Positions 49,832-59,686 of a stretch of 64,000 bases of DNA are shown here, piece by piece. Below the pieces are notes generated by a model, which saw nothing but the letters and a program-made list of their open reading frames with translations, did not search any database and had not been told where the DNA came from. Position 1 is the first letter of the stretch. The number at the start of each line of letters is the position of its first letter. The position numbers and the translations under genes are program-made. Location: positions 3,616,001-3,680,000 of the forward strand of contig OZ245742.1 of assembly GCA_965227295.1 (NCBI GenBank). The letters run 5' to 3'. Source of the DNA: Leptonemataceae bacterium. GTDB lineage: Bacteria; Spirochaetota; Leptospiria; Leptospirales; Leptonemataceae.

Positions 49832-50749
49832 GTGTCCGCGCGCGAAGTACAGCTCAAGCTACCTCACCTGACCCTGGCCGCGAAGGCCTGGGGACCATCT
49901 CACGAAGACATCCTGGCCGGGCGCGTTCCCGGCCGCATTGCCGTCGCGTTGCACGGCTGGCTCGATAACGCGGCGAGCTTTGATCAGCTTGCCCCGCTGT
50001 TGCCGGCGGACCTGGCACTCATTGCCCTCGACCTGCCCGGCCACGGCCTCTCGGGTCGCCATGCCGCCGGCGCATCCATCTATTTTCTCGATCACGTAGG
50101 CGTGTTGATGCAGGCGATCGAGGCCCTGGGCATGGAGATCGCGAAGGCCGGCTCGAACGAAAGTGACGGGCCGAAGATCATCCTGATGGGCCACAGCATG
50201 GGCGCCGGCATCAGCACGCTCGCGGCCGGTACGTTTCCGGAAGTATTTTCGCACGTCGTCCTGATCGACGGCATGGGGCCGCTCTCCGACGAAGACGAAC
50301 GTGCGCCGGAGCGTTTGCGCAACTTCATTGAGCACGCGAGTGATCTTCCGGATTCATCGGTCTATCCCGACATCGACCAGGCCGTGCGTGCGCGCAAACG
50401 CGTGGGCGGCTTAAGCGAAGACTCCGCGCGGCGCCTGGTGGAACGGAACATCGTGCGTTCATTGGAAGATACCGGCTACGTCTGGCGGACCGACCCGCGT
50501 TTGAAACTGCCGTCGCCGGTACGATTGACCGAACGCCAGGTTGTCGCGTTCCTCGCGGCAATCACGGCACCGGTGTTGTTGGTGCTCGCGGAAGATTCGC
50601 AGTTTCGCGGTTACGAGGATTTGATTACCGGGCGCGCCGCGCACGTAAAGGCACCGGTCGAGATTGTGAAGTTAAGCGGCGGACATCATCTGCACCTGGA
50701 GAATGCGGGGGACGTGGCGGAAGCGGTGGGGGTGTTTTTGGCTGGTTAA
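49832..50749 (+). CDS. Alpha/beta hydrolase
   Basis: LHGWLDNA, DLPGHG, GHSMG nucleophile elbow, GGHHLH. Confidence 0.93.
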   Translation: MSAREVQLKLPHLTLAAKAWGPSHEDILAGRVPGRIAVALHGWLDNAASFDQLAPLLPADLALIALDLPGHGLSGRHAAGASIYFLDHVGVLMQAIEALGMEIAKAGSNESDGPKIILMGHSMGAGISTLAAGTFPEVFSHVVLIDGMGPLSDEDERAPERLRNFIEHASDLPDSSVYPDIDQAVRARKRVGGLSEDSARRLVERNIVRSLEDTGYVWRTDPRLKLPSPVRLTERQVVAFLAAITAPVLLVLAEDSQFRGYEDLITGRAAHVKAPVEIVKLSGGHHLHLENAGDVAEAVGVFLAG

Positions 50750-50753
50750 AACC

Positions 50754-51445
50754 TCAAGGAGCGTCCATGCGGAGATATGCCTGTTGCTCCGGAATTAAGT
50801 CATCGAACTCAGTGGACCGGACGTAGACATTAACCGGCTTTTTGAAGCCGCGGATCTTCAGGGAAATTCGCTCCATGCCTTCGATCTTTCTGTTGGACTG
50901 TGCCTCGGCACAATAGCTGATTTTTCCGTTAATTTTTTGCAGTCGTGAGGCTAAGTTAATGCAGGTGCCAACGAAGTCTTCGGGTAAACCGTAATCGTGC
51001 GAGTTTGGTGAGTAGGCTGATACCTCCCCAAACGAGAGTCCGCAGCGCAGTTTTTGGGGTAAGTGGGCGTAATGGCTTTGGTGGTAGCCGAAGAAAGGCG
51101 TAACGTGCTGATTCCTTGAAGGAGCAAATCCATGCAAATTTGGATTGTATGAAATTATCAGGTCGCGCAGGTATTTGATTAAATTGTCTTCTTGGAGTTC
51201 TGGGGGATCATCCTCATCCGGAACCAATCTCCAGAGAAACAAAAAAGCATCGCCTAAGAACTTTAAAAATAGGGTCGTTCAACACTTTTCCCCTCAGGGT
51301 CCAGTGCTTTCATTGTTCGTAAAACCCAGTCGGTAAAGTCGACTGCAAATTTCTGGATCAGCGCAGGATTTTCAGAGCAGAACCATGTAAATCCTTCCAG
51401 GTCGATTACAGCGGCTGCTTCATTAATCTTTTGATCTGTTGGCAT
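50754..51445 (-). pseudogene. Class III nucleotidyl cyclase split by a 1-nt frameshift near 51265
   Basis: IDLEGFT in the upstream frame (ATG 51445); KFLGDA, RCGLSFG and DFVGTCINLASRL in the -1 frame; junction TAT TTT TAA AG. Confidence 0.75.
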
Positions 51446-51701
51446 GGATTCTTTCCTTTCGTCGAGACAGCAGTTTGAGTACGGTCGTCTCACCTTTCTC
51501 ATAGTCCACGAAGCTGCCGAAATTGGCGCCGAAAACCCCACCCGGTCAACCAGAAAATGTCACACCCCCATGCGATACTAAGCCGGGATCAAGTGTCATT
51601 GCGATTCGCCGGAGGACCCGCCGCGTCGATACGAATCACCTCAAAACATTCCCGCCGGATTTGCTAATTTCCGCAGATCGTCTCGCCGGGCGATCTCCCG
51701 A

Positions 51702-51728
51702 TTGACATGTCTCCGGATCTGCTATAAT
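51702..51728 (+). promoter_or_regulatory. Consensus sigma70 promoter with extended -10 upstream of the rpn-like gene
   Basis: TTGACA (51702-7), 15-nt spacer, TG-c-TATAAT (51720-8); GGGGAGG RBS before ATG 51755. Confidence 0.65.
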
Positions 51729-51754
51729 GGAAGCACTCCTCGGGGAGGCCGATC

Positions 51755-52558
51755 ATGCAGTACGACATAGCATCCAGGGAACTCATGATTATCAGCGGCC
51801 AAAAGATCCTGCAACGCTTCCTGCGTCGCGATCTTTCAGCAGTTCATACGATAGAAGAATTGCCGACAGAAACCGTTAATATCCGCCGATCCGATGCGCC
51901 GGTGAAGATGACGCTCTTAGACGGCGAAGAGCGTGTCGTCCTTGTGGAGTATCAGACGAACTGGGAGACGGGGCTGCCGATGCGTTTGGTGGAATATCAT
52001 GCGCGCTACTGGCTGCGATACCGCATTCCGGTCGATACGCTGGTCTTTCTGATTCGTCCGCACAAAGATGCACATGCGAGTTTCGAAAACCACGCCCTGA
52101 GGTTTCGTTATCATCTGGTGAAACTCTGGGAATTGCCCGCCGCGGAATTCATTCATGCAGAGCCGCCGCTGCTTCCGTTTATCCCCCTAATGGAGGACGG
52201 CGATCAATACATCCACCATGCGCAGGATCGCATTCAAGCGAGCAAACTTTCCGACGAAGAAAAAACCAGTTTACTTACTGTTTTATGCATCTATACTGGA
52301 GTCTACGATCCCGCCCGCGCGCGGGAAGTCTTAGACCGGGCAGGCAGGCTTATGTTTGAATCACCTGTATACGATTGGATCAAACAAGAAGGCGTTGAAG
52401 AGGGTCGTGAAGAGGGCATCGAGGAAGGCCGCGAGCAAGGCCGACTCGAAACCGCTCAGCGCATGTTAGAGCGCGGTATCGATCTTGCGACCGTGCTGGA
52501 CGTTACCGAACTTTCGGAAGATCTGCTGCGGCAACGCGGGGTTCTGCCGGCGGAGTAG
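51755..52558 (+). CDS. Rpn/YhgA-like PD-(D/E)XK nuclease family protein
   Basis: RRSD..VEYQ..MRL.EY, LLPFIPL, C-terminal EEGREEG repeats and ETAQRML...VTEL. Confidence 0.8.
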   Translation: MQYDIASRELMIISGQKILQRFLRRDLSAVHTIEELPTETVNIRRSDAPVKMTLLDGEERVVLVEYQTNWETGLPMRLVEYHARYWLRYRIPVDTLVFLIRPHKDAHASFENHALRFRYHLVKLWELPAAEFIHAEPPLLPFIPLMEDGDQYIHHAQDRIQASKLSDEEKTSLLTVLCIYTGVYDPARAREVLDRAGRLMFESPVYDWIKQEGVEEGREEGIEEGREQGRLETAQRMLERGIDLATVLDVTELSEDLLRQRGVLPAE

Positions 52559-52579
52559 GCCCGCATCCCCGACCATCTC

Positions 52580-54823
52580 CTAAGGTTTCGCCAAAAACCC
52601 TTTCAAAAACTCCCGCACCTTGCGAACCGAAGCGAGCCGATATGCCGCATGCGTCGGAGCCTTGCCGACCTTGACGGAGTACGCGTGCACCGGCAGGGCG
52701 TTGAACAGGTACTCGTCCGTCTCATCGTCGCCGACGGCCAGGATGAAGTCATAGCTGCGATCGAGGTCCCGGGCACGGTTCAGGATGTTGCCCTTGTGCA
52801 GTCCCTGGAAACGCACCTCGACCACCATCTTGCCGGAGAGTACTTCCAGGGGTTGGTTGGCGAGCACGTCCTGTAAGTTGATCGTCAGCTCACGGGCCTT
52901 CCAGCGGCCCTGGGTGGGATCGGACATGCGATAGTGCCAGGCGATGGACGCTTCTTTCTCTTCGGTAAAAGAACCGGGCGTTGTGCGGTTGTAGTGTTCG
53001 AAGAGATCGCGGACGTTTTCGTACCAGGCCATGCCGGATTCCGGCAGCATCTTATGCCATTCGGACTCGTCGGGAAACTTGATGTGGAGACCGTGTTCCA
53101 CCGAAAAACCCAGGGGCAAATCTCCGAGCCAGTCCTTGATATCGCGTTGCTTGCGGCCCGTAATGATGAACACATCCGTGTTTTCCAGAGCTGTAAGGTC
53201 CTTCAACAACTCGACGAGTTCCGGATCCGGCCGTGCTTCGCTGGGCAGGCTGCGGATCTCGGTCAGGGTGCCGTCGTAGTCGAGCAAGAGTAAGCGACGC
53301 TTCGCCGCGGAGAACTCGCCGCGAATCTTTTGCGCGAGCTCTATGCCGATGCTCGTGGTCGTGGACTGGTGATCGGTACCGTAGACGTCCATCTCGGCGA
53401 GTTCGGACAGGAACGAGTTGGACCAGTAGTGTACGTTGTTGCGGCTGACCTTCGCGAACATGGCGCTCATGCGTCGTGAGCGTTCGGACTCGTTCATGGA
53501 AAGCGCTTCTTCGAGGGCCCGGGCAATGCGGTCCGGGTTCCAGGGATTCGTGATCAATGCCTCGCCGAGTTCGTGGGCGGCCCCGGCGTGTTCGCTCAGG
53601 ATCAACACGCCGTCATCCTTCTTCACGGCGACGAATTCTTTGGCGACCAGGTTCATGCCGTCGAAGTAGGGCGTAACCAGAGCGACGTCCGCTTCCATGT
53701 AAAACGCGCACAGGCGTTTGAACGGCAGCGAGCGATAGATGAAATGGATCGGCGCGTGCGGTTCGTTCTCGTAGGTTTCGACGATGTCCATCACCGAAAC
53801 TTCCACGGCTTCTTTGAGTTCCTGATAGTCTTTGATCTGCGTGCGCGAAGGCACGGCGATTTGCACGAGCACCACGTCCCGTACGAGTTGCGGATTGCGC
53901 ATGAGAAACTTTTTGTACGCGCGGAGGCGGTCCGGCAGGCCCTTCGTGTAGTCCAGTCGATCGACGGACAGGATCATCTTGCGACCGTGGGTGATGTTAC
54001 GCACCACCTGGAGATCCTGGTCGATGTCCGGCTCCTGCATGGTTTCCTGAATGCGGTCGACGTCGATGGAGATCGGAAACGCGCCCATGCGTGCCTGGTG
54101 TGTTTCCAGTTCCACCTTGTTGATCTCGGAGTCGATGCCCAGGATGTGCAATAGCGACGAACGAAAGTGACGCAAATAACTGAACGTATGAAAGCCGATG
54201 AGAGACGCACCGAGCAGGCCGTGCAACAGTTCCTCGCGATAGGGCATGGCGCGAAAGACTTCCGATGACGGGAACGGCGTATGCAGAAAAAAACCGATGC
54301 GGGCATCCGGGAACTTCTTACGCACCAGCGCCGGCACGAGCATGAGCTGGTAATCCTGGATCCAGATCATATCGTCCGGCCGTATCTCGCCCATGAACTC
54401 GATGATCTTCTCGGCGAAGATTTCGTTCACTTCGCGATACATCAGGAAGTCGCGCTCATCGTAATCGATGTGCGTCGGCAGGTAGTGTAAGATCGGCCAG
54501 AGGACCTTGTTCGAAAATCCGAAGTAGTAACGTTTGAGATGCTGACGGGAGAGAAAGATCGGTACGGCGCCGTAGTCGCGGAGCAACTGATCCTCGACAC
54601 CCTTGGGATCGACCATGGAAAGATCGACTTCGCCCGGCCAGCCGATCCAGGTTTGATCGTACTCGCCCTCTAAGGCGGACAGCGCGGTGACAAGGCCGCC
54701 GGGGCTGGCTTTGAAATGAAAGCCGACGTCGTCGACGGTAATCGTAACCGGCAGGCGGTTTGCGGCGACGACCAGGCGTTTGCGGGATGATTGCGGTTGT
54801 TCGGAACTGTCTGCGGGATTCAG
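52580..54823 (-). CDS. otsAB: Bifunctional trehalose-6-phosphate synthase/phosphatase (probable CTG start)
   Basis: RLVVAANRLP and SPGGL upstream of the track start; WIQDYQL, FLHTPFP, DRLDYTKG, DGMNLVAKE; HAD DYDGTL and GDDETDE; GGAGGAG-N4-CTG. Confidence 0.95.
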   Translation of the reverse strand: MNPADSSEQPQSSRKRLVVAANRLPVTITVDDVGFHFKASPGGLVTALSALEGEYDQTWIGWPGEVDLSMVDPKGVEDQLLRDYGAVPIFLSRQHLKRYYFGFSNKVLWPILHYLPTHIDYDERDFLMYREVNEIFAEKIIEFMGEIRPDDMIWIQDYQLMLVPALVRKKFPDARIGFFLHTPFPSSEVFRAMPYREELLHGLLGASLIGFHTFSYLRHFRSSLLHILGIDSEINKVELETHQARMGAFPISIDVDRIQETMQEPDIDQDLQVVRNITHGRKMILSVDRLDYTKGLPDRLRAYKKFLMRNPQLVRDVVLVQIAVPSRTQIKDYQELKEAVEVSVMDIVETYENEPHAPIHFIYRSLPFKRLCAFYMEADVALVTPYFDGMNLVAKEFVAVKKDDGVLILSEHAGAAHELGEALITNPWNPDRIARALEEALSMNESERSRRMSAMFAKVSRNNVHYWSNSFLSELAEMDVYGTDHQSTTTSIGIELAQKIRGEFSAAKRRLLLLDYDGTLTEIRSLPSEARPDPELVELLKDLTALENTDVFIITGRKQRDIKDWLGDLPLGFSVEHGLHIKFPDESEWHKMLPESGMAWYENVRDLFEHYNRTTPGSFTEEKEASIAWHYRMSDPTQGRWKARELTINLQDVLANQPLEVLSGKMVVEVRFQGLHKGNILNRARDLDRSYDFILAVGDDETDEYLFNALPVHAYSVKVGKAPTHAAYRLASVRKVREFLKGFLAKP

Positions 54824-54878
54824 TGTTCTCCTCCGGGCTAACAGAATAGAAACGAATCCGCCTGTTGCACAGTGAAAT

Positions 54879-55865
54879 TCAAGTAGATGTCACACCGCGA
54901 CTTTGCTGGCTCGCGTAATAGACATGTTTGCGTGCACGCATCACGTCGCCCAGGGGCCGGTGTTCCGCGAGCGCGAGCCACGGATCGAAGACGGAGGCCT
55001 CAGCCTCTTCCTGGTACGTGCGCATCTCTCCGCTTTCGAAGTCCTGCTGTGGAATCGTAAGCCGGGCCACGGTCGTGTACGGCGAATCCCAGATTACGGA
55101 GGCGTCTTCAATCGGCGTGCTCTCTGCATTCGTGAAGAACTGCAACTGTAGATCGTACACGAGCGGGCCGCCGGCCAGGTGTGACCGAAAGTCCGCGCCC
55201 CAATCCTTCGAGGCGGCGGACTTCGGTTCACGATTCGAAGTCGGCACCAGACGAACGCGAGCGGCGTACGGGCCGCAGGCGATGGGAGCGGCGCTGAAAA
55301 AAGACTCCGTCGCGAAACCGGTAAAGGGTTTGCGAAACGCGGCGGCCGTCGCGCCGATTTTCTTGAACGCCCCGAAGATGCCGTAGGTACCGAAGAGATG
55401 ACCGAGGAGACTGCCCGTCCCCCGGGCTGCGGCTTCCACGAGGTCGATGAACTCCGCGCTCTTCGGAAACGAAAACGCCTCGTGATTGATCAGCAAGAAA
55501 CATTGAGCATCCGTGTCCGCGCCCAGCGCGCCGGGGCCGTTCACGCCTTCGACTCGCAGAGCGAAGCCGCGGATGTCGGGTTCGGCGTCCGGCTTCACAT
55601 CGAGGCCGCCGTTAGAAAGTCGGACCGCGGCCCTGTATCGTCCCGGCTGCGCAAAGAAACCGTGGCGAGCATGCTCGGGAAGATCGGCCAGGACTTCGAC
55701 TTCGGCCGGTACAGCCAGGAGCTGTTTGCGGTGCAGGGCACGCCCGCGGCCGTACTGTGCGGATTTCTGCGATTGGATGGCGGTGAACCGGCGCGCGTAA
55801 TCGGCGAAGCGTTCGTCCTCGTCGGCGGCGACGTCCTCGTGCCAGTTGGTTGCGGGGGTTGCCAT
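54879..55865 (-). CDS. Catalase-related heme protein (short catalase fold)
   Basis: RALHRK, VRLSNG, DIRGFA, PIEDAS..W, HRPLG..MRARKHVY. Confidence 0.8.
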   Translation of the reverse strand: MATPATNWHEDVAADEDERFADYARRFTAIQSQKSAQYGRGRALHRKQLLAVPAEVEVLADLPEHARHGFFAQPGRYRAAVRLSNGGLDVKPDAEPDIRGFALRVEGVNGPGALGADTDAQCFLLINHEAFSFPKSAEFIDLVEAAARGTGSLLGHLFGTYGIFGAFKKIGATAAAFRKPFTGFATESFFSAAPIACGPYAARVRLVPTSNREPKSAASKDWGADFRSHLAGGPLVYDLQLQFFTNAESTPIEDASVIWDSPYTTVARLTIPQQDFESGEMRTYQEEAEASVFDPWLALAEHRPLGDVMRARKHVYYASQQSRGVTST

Positions 55866-55890
55866 GGAACGGAAGAAGAGACGAACTCTG

Positions 55891-55963
55891 AGCCCACGGT
55901 CGGACTTGAACCGACGACCCCATCATTACGAGTGATGTGCTCTACCAACTGAGCTACGCGGGC
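55891..55963 (-). tRNA. tRNA-Thr(CGT)
   Basis: Minus strand GCCCGCG/CGTGGGC; CATCA CT-CGT-AA TGATG. Confidence 0.96.
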
Positions 55964-56046
55964 AATTGCAGCAGAACCGGCGGGTCATCCCGCCGGTTCC
56001 GTCAAGATTTTCGAAGGTTGGTTGCCAGGCAACCGGAATCCACGGC

Positions 56047-58383
56047 TCAGTGCGAGGCGCCGGCCGTTTCTTTGGGCGCGAAGCCGCCGGAGGAGATGGC
56101 GCCGCTGCCGCCTTTCATCGAAGAGGCCACAATCTCGGCGATGTCCAGGACCTTGACGTTTTCTTCCAGGGACATATTCTTCACACCGTCGGTCATCATT
56201 ACCATGCAGAACGGACACGCCGTGGCGATGAGGTCCGCGCCGGTGTCTACGAGCTGACCGGTGCGCTTCATGTTGACGCGCTCGTACTCTTCTTCCATCC
56301 ACATCTGGGCACCGCCCGCGCCGCAACACAGCGACGTGCGATGGTGATCGCTGGCCTCGGAGATATCCATGCCCGTGGCCTCGCGGATGAGGTTGCGGGG
56401 CTCGTCGTAGATTTCGTTGTAACGTCCCAGGTAGCACGAGTCGTGGTACGTCGCGCGGCGGTTGGACATTTTTTCGACTTCCGCCGGCTCCATTTCGATT
56501 TTGTCCGTGCGCAGAAGGTCCTCGATGAAGTCCGAGTGGTGCTGCACCTCGTAGTTACCACCGAGTTGCGGGTACTCGTTCTTCAGCGTGTTGTAGCAGT
56601 GCGGGCACGCCGTAACGATCTTCTTCACATTGTAGTTATTCAGCGTTTCCACGTTCATCTGCGCCAGCGTTTGGTACAGATACTCGTTGCCGCCGCGGCG
56701 GGCGGAGTCGCCCGTGCAGTTTTCTTCGGTGCCGAGGATGGCGAAGTTCACGTCCGCCTTCTGCATGATCTGCACGAACGAACGCGCGATGGTTTTGTTG
56801 CGATCGTCGAAGGAAGCGGCGCAGCCGACCCAGTAGAGGACGTCCACGTTGGAGTCCTCGGCCATGGTCTTCACGCCGAGATCGGCGCACCAGTCGCCGC
56901 GGGTGTGAGCGCCCATGCCCCAGGGATTGGAGTTGTTTTCCATGTTCTGGAAAGCGACCTGCAATTGTGCGGGGAAGCGCGCTTCGGCCAGCGCCAGGTT
57001 GCGGCGCATTTCGTAGATGGCTTCGAGTTGATTGTTGCCGACCGGGCAGGCCTCGACGCAGGCCATGCAGCTCGTGCACGCCCACAGTTCTTCGTCGGTG
57101 ATGTACGGATCGCCGATGACCGGCGACGCCGCCTGTGTGCCGTCCTCGGAAGGCCCGGCCCAGATGGAACCCCAGTGATCGAGCATGGAGTGTTTGGTAT
57201 CCACCATGATCTTTTTGGGATCGAGGGGTTTGCCGGTACGGTTGGCCGGACACTCGACGGTGCAGCGCCCGCACTCGATGCAGGACAGGCCGTCCATGAG
57301 GCTGGTCCAGCGCAGTTCACTGACGTTGCCCGCGCCCCAGACCGCCGTTTCGGATTCCAGGTCCATCATGGCCATTTGCCCGTTCGGAGCTGCGGTGCGC
57401 ATGAAGTAGTTCATGGGTGCGAAGATGAGGTGCGAGTGCTTCGAGAGCGGTACGACGATCATGAAGACGTAGACCGTTGAGATGTGCGTCCACCAGGCGA
57501 AGTTCCGCACTGCGGTGGCGGTGACCTCGTCGGTCATGCCGACGCTCTGCAAGATGTAGCCTACGGCGTTCGTGATCCAGATGGCGTGGGCGCCGCCGTC
57601 GAGAAAAGACTGCGCCGCGGTCCCCACGAGCGTGGACGTCATGAGCGTGCCGATGAGCAGCAGGACGATGGCCGACTGCGTCGACGGAATGTCCAGGGCC
57701 TTTGCGCGACGAATCCAGCGGCGGTACGCGAAGTAGCCGAGACCCGTGAGAACGAAGAGCGAGAAGTACTGAACAAAGGCTTCGTAGATTTCCGTGCCGG
57801 AACCGATGAGCACCGCGAACACGCCGGCGAATTGGGCCAGGGCAACGGCGATCAGAATCCATTGCAGAGCGACATTGTTGCGGAAGCCTTTGCGCTTCGC
57901 GTCGCCCGTGGTCTTGCCGGACCAGCGGCCCGGATTGATATTCAGGAAAATGAAGAACGACAGAAAGATGCCGGCCGTAAGCGCGGCGACGATGAGGCCG
58001 GCCTGAAGGCCCGTGGGGGTGAGGCCGAGCCAGGTGTAGTCCGTGAGGTAGAACTCGTACGGGTTCATGCCGCTCATCTTAAAGATGGACCAGGCGTTGC
58101 CCGCGACCATTTGCGAAGTGGTGTGCACCAGGTACGAGATGAAACCGTAAAAGATGAAGGCGTGCATGAGTCCGCGGATGGGATGCTTGAACAGCTTCAT
58201 CTGGAAGAGGACGTTGAGGATGAACGAGCGGATGCGCGTCCCCCAGTCGGCGAGTTCGGTGGCCGGCTGGACCTTACTCATGAGCTTGAGGCGCATGAAG
58301 ATGGCGTATACGAAGAAGAGGTTCGCGACGCCGAAGAATGTGAGGTGAAACAAATGCGTGAGGATGTCAGCCGTTGCGGGCAT
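56047..58383 (-). CDS. Membrane-bound Fe-S oxidoreductase (FadF/HdrD-like, two CCG domains)
   Basis: N-terminal TMs; CIECGRCTVECP, CTSCMACVEACP, WVGC, TACPHC, YHDSCYLGR, CCGAGG, TACPFC. Confidence 0.92.
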   Translation of the reverse strand: MPATADILTHLFHLTFFGVANLFFVYAIFMRLKLMSKVQPATELADWGTRIRSFILNVLFQMKLFKHPIRGLMHAFIFYGFISYLVHTTSQMVAGNAWSIFKMSGMNPYEFYLTDYTWLGLTPTGLQAGLIVAALTAGIFLSFFIFLNINPGRWSGKTTGDAKRKGFRNNVALQWILIAVALAQFAGVFAVLIGSGTEIYEAFVQYFSLFVLTGLGYFAYRRWIRRAKALDIPSTQSAIVLLLIGTLMTSTLVGTAAQSFLDGGAHAIWITNAVGYILQSVGMTDEVTATAVRNFAWWTHISTVYVFMIVVPLSKHSHLIFAPMNYFMRTAAPNGQMAMMDLESETAVWGAGNVSELRWTSLMDGLSCIECGRCTVECPANRTGKPLDPKKIMVDTKHSMLDHWGSIWAGPSEDGTQAASPVIGDPYITDEELWACTSCMACVEACPVGNNQLEAIYEMRRNLALAEARFPAQLQVAFQNMENNSNPWGMGAHTRGDWCADLGVKTMAEDSNVDVLYWVGCAASFDDRNKTIARSFVQIMQKADVNFAILGTEENCTGDSARRGGNEYLYQTLAQMNVETLNNYNVKKIVTACPHCYNTLKNEYPQLGGNYEVQHHSDFIEDLLRTDKIEMEPAEVEKMSNRRATYHDSCYLGRYNEIYDEPRNLIREATGMDISEASDHHRTSLCCGAGGAQMWMEEEYERVNMKRTGQLVDTGADLIATACPFCMVMMTDGVKNMSLEENVKVLDIAEIVASSMKGGSGAISSGGFAPKETAGASH

Positions 58384-58497
58384 AGAGAGGTGCTCCTGTC
58401 GACACTACGTTAAGTCTAGGCCAGCAACGTTTCGGGAAAACTCATCCACGTCCAGAAAAAAGCTGTCCCTGTCAGTTTGGCCGATTTTTTTTACTGT

Positions 58498-59598
58498 ATG
58501 GCTTCTATCTTCCCCGCCCACGACACCGACGCCATCCTGGAGAAGGCCCTGGACGGCGGTCGCATCACACCGGACGACGCGCTTCGGCTCTACAACGAGG
58601 GCGACTTCATCAAGATCATGGGCGTAGCCCGGGAATTGAGAAGCCGTCGCAATAACCCCGATCTGGTGACGTACACCATGTTCCGCGTGGTGAACTACAC
58701 GAACTTCTGCAACGTGGACTGTGCTTTTTGTAGTTTCATGGAGGAGTACGGCTCCGAGCGGGGCTACGTCCTCACGGCCGAGCAGGTCGTCGAGAAGATG
58801 CTTGAAGCCGGTAAGATGGGCTGCGACCAGATGTTCCTCCAGGGCGGAGTTTATTCGGAGCTGAAGCTGGACTATTACCTGGGCCTCATCCGGGCCGTGA
58901 AAGAGCAGGTCGGTGAACACGTGCACATCCGTGCGTTTTCGCCGGTGGAACTGGAAGGTCTGGCGGAGATCAGCGGCCTGGGCCTGCGCGGCGTCGTCCG
59001 CGAACTCAAGGCCGCGGGTATGGACAGCGTGCCCGGCGCCGGCGCCGAGATCTTAACGGATCGCATGCGCAAAATTCTCTCGCCGAAGAAATCAAACGTC
59101 GCGGGTTGGGTGAAGGCCATGGAGACCTGTCATGAAGAAGGCCTGCCCGGCAGTGCCAACGTGGTCTTTGGTTCGGAGGAAAGCCGCGAAGAAGTCATCG
59201 AACATCTAAACGTAATCCGCGATCTTCAAGATCGCACCGGCGGCTTCAAGTCGTTCATCCCCTGGACGTTCCAGCCGCAGACGAAGAAGTTTCATGTCCG
59301 TCCCGTGGGCACGCCGGAGTTCTTGAAGGTGCTCGGCATCTGCCGCATCTTTTTGGATAACATCGATCACATTGAAACGTCGCTCATGGTGCTCGGTCAG
59401 GGCGTGGGTTCGATTGCGTTGAACGCGGGCGCCGACGACATCTCGTCCATCGTTATCGAAGAGAACGTGTTGCGCAGTTACGGCATCAAGTCCGAAGAGA
59501 AGGCGCGGCAGTTTATTCGAGACAGCGGGTTCACGCCGATGAAGCGGAACCTGGTGTATGAGCATGTGGAAGGCCAGCGAGAGCCGGCGGGGGTTTGA
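58498..59598 (+). CDS. mqnC: Cyclic dehypoxanthinyl futalosine synthase (CofH/MqnC radical SAM)
   Basis: [47 protein letters not shown]. Confidence 0.85.
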   Translation: MASIFPAHDTDAILEKALDGGRITPDDALRLYNEGDFIKIMGVARELRSRRNNPDLVTYTMFRVVNYTNFCNVDCAFCSFMEEYGSERGYVLTAEQVVEKMLEAGKMGCDQMFLQGGVYSELKLDYYLGLIRAVKEQVGEHVHIRAFSPVELEGLAEISGLGLRGVVRELKAAGMDSVPGAGAEILTDRMRKILSPKKSNVAGWVKAMETCHEEGLPGSANVVFGSEESREEVIEHLNVIRDLQDRTGGFKSFIPWTFQPQTKKFHVRPVGTPEFLKVLGICRIFLDNIDHIETSLMVLGQGVGSIALNAGADDISSIVIEENVLRSYGIKSEEKARQFIRDSGFTPMKRNLVYEHVEGQREPAGV

Positions 59599-59633
59599 TC
59601 ACCGGGGCTCTGAGGGGATCGGGGCGTTTTTAC

Positions 59634-59657
59634 CGCGGAGGCGCTGAGGACGCGGAG
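59634..59657 (+). repeat. Heptamer triad CGCGGAG-G-CGCTGAG-GA-CGCGGAG
   Basis: Read directly; about 30 nt upstream of repeat copy C; same spacing as 32737-32760. Confidence 0.75.
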
Positions 59658-59686
59658 GGTGGATCGGGTGCGCAGGGGGAGTCGAC

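Noticed and set aside
52386..52442. GAAGAGGG-type tandem repeats
   Set aside because: They encode the EEGR repeats typical of Rpn C-termini.
50754..52558. Complete Pycsar system
   Set aside because: Cyclase is frameshifted and no TM or TIR cNMP effector gene is adjacent; kept only as a weak hypothesis.
55966..57480. 504-aa plus-strand ORF (also 18665-19825, 15567-16631, 29538-30797, 20575-21576)
   Set aside because: Antisense shadows of well-supported genes, expected at high GC3; no motifs.
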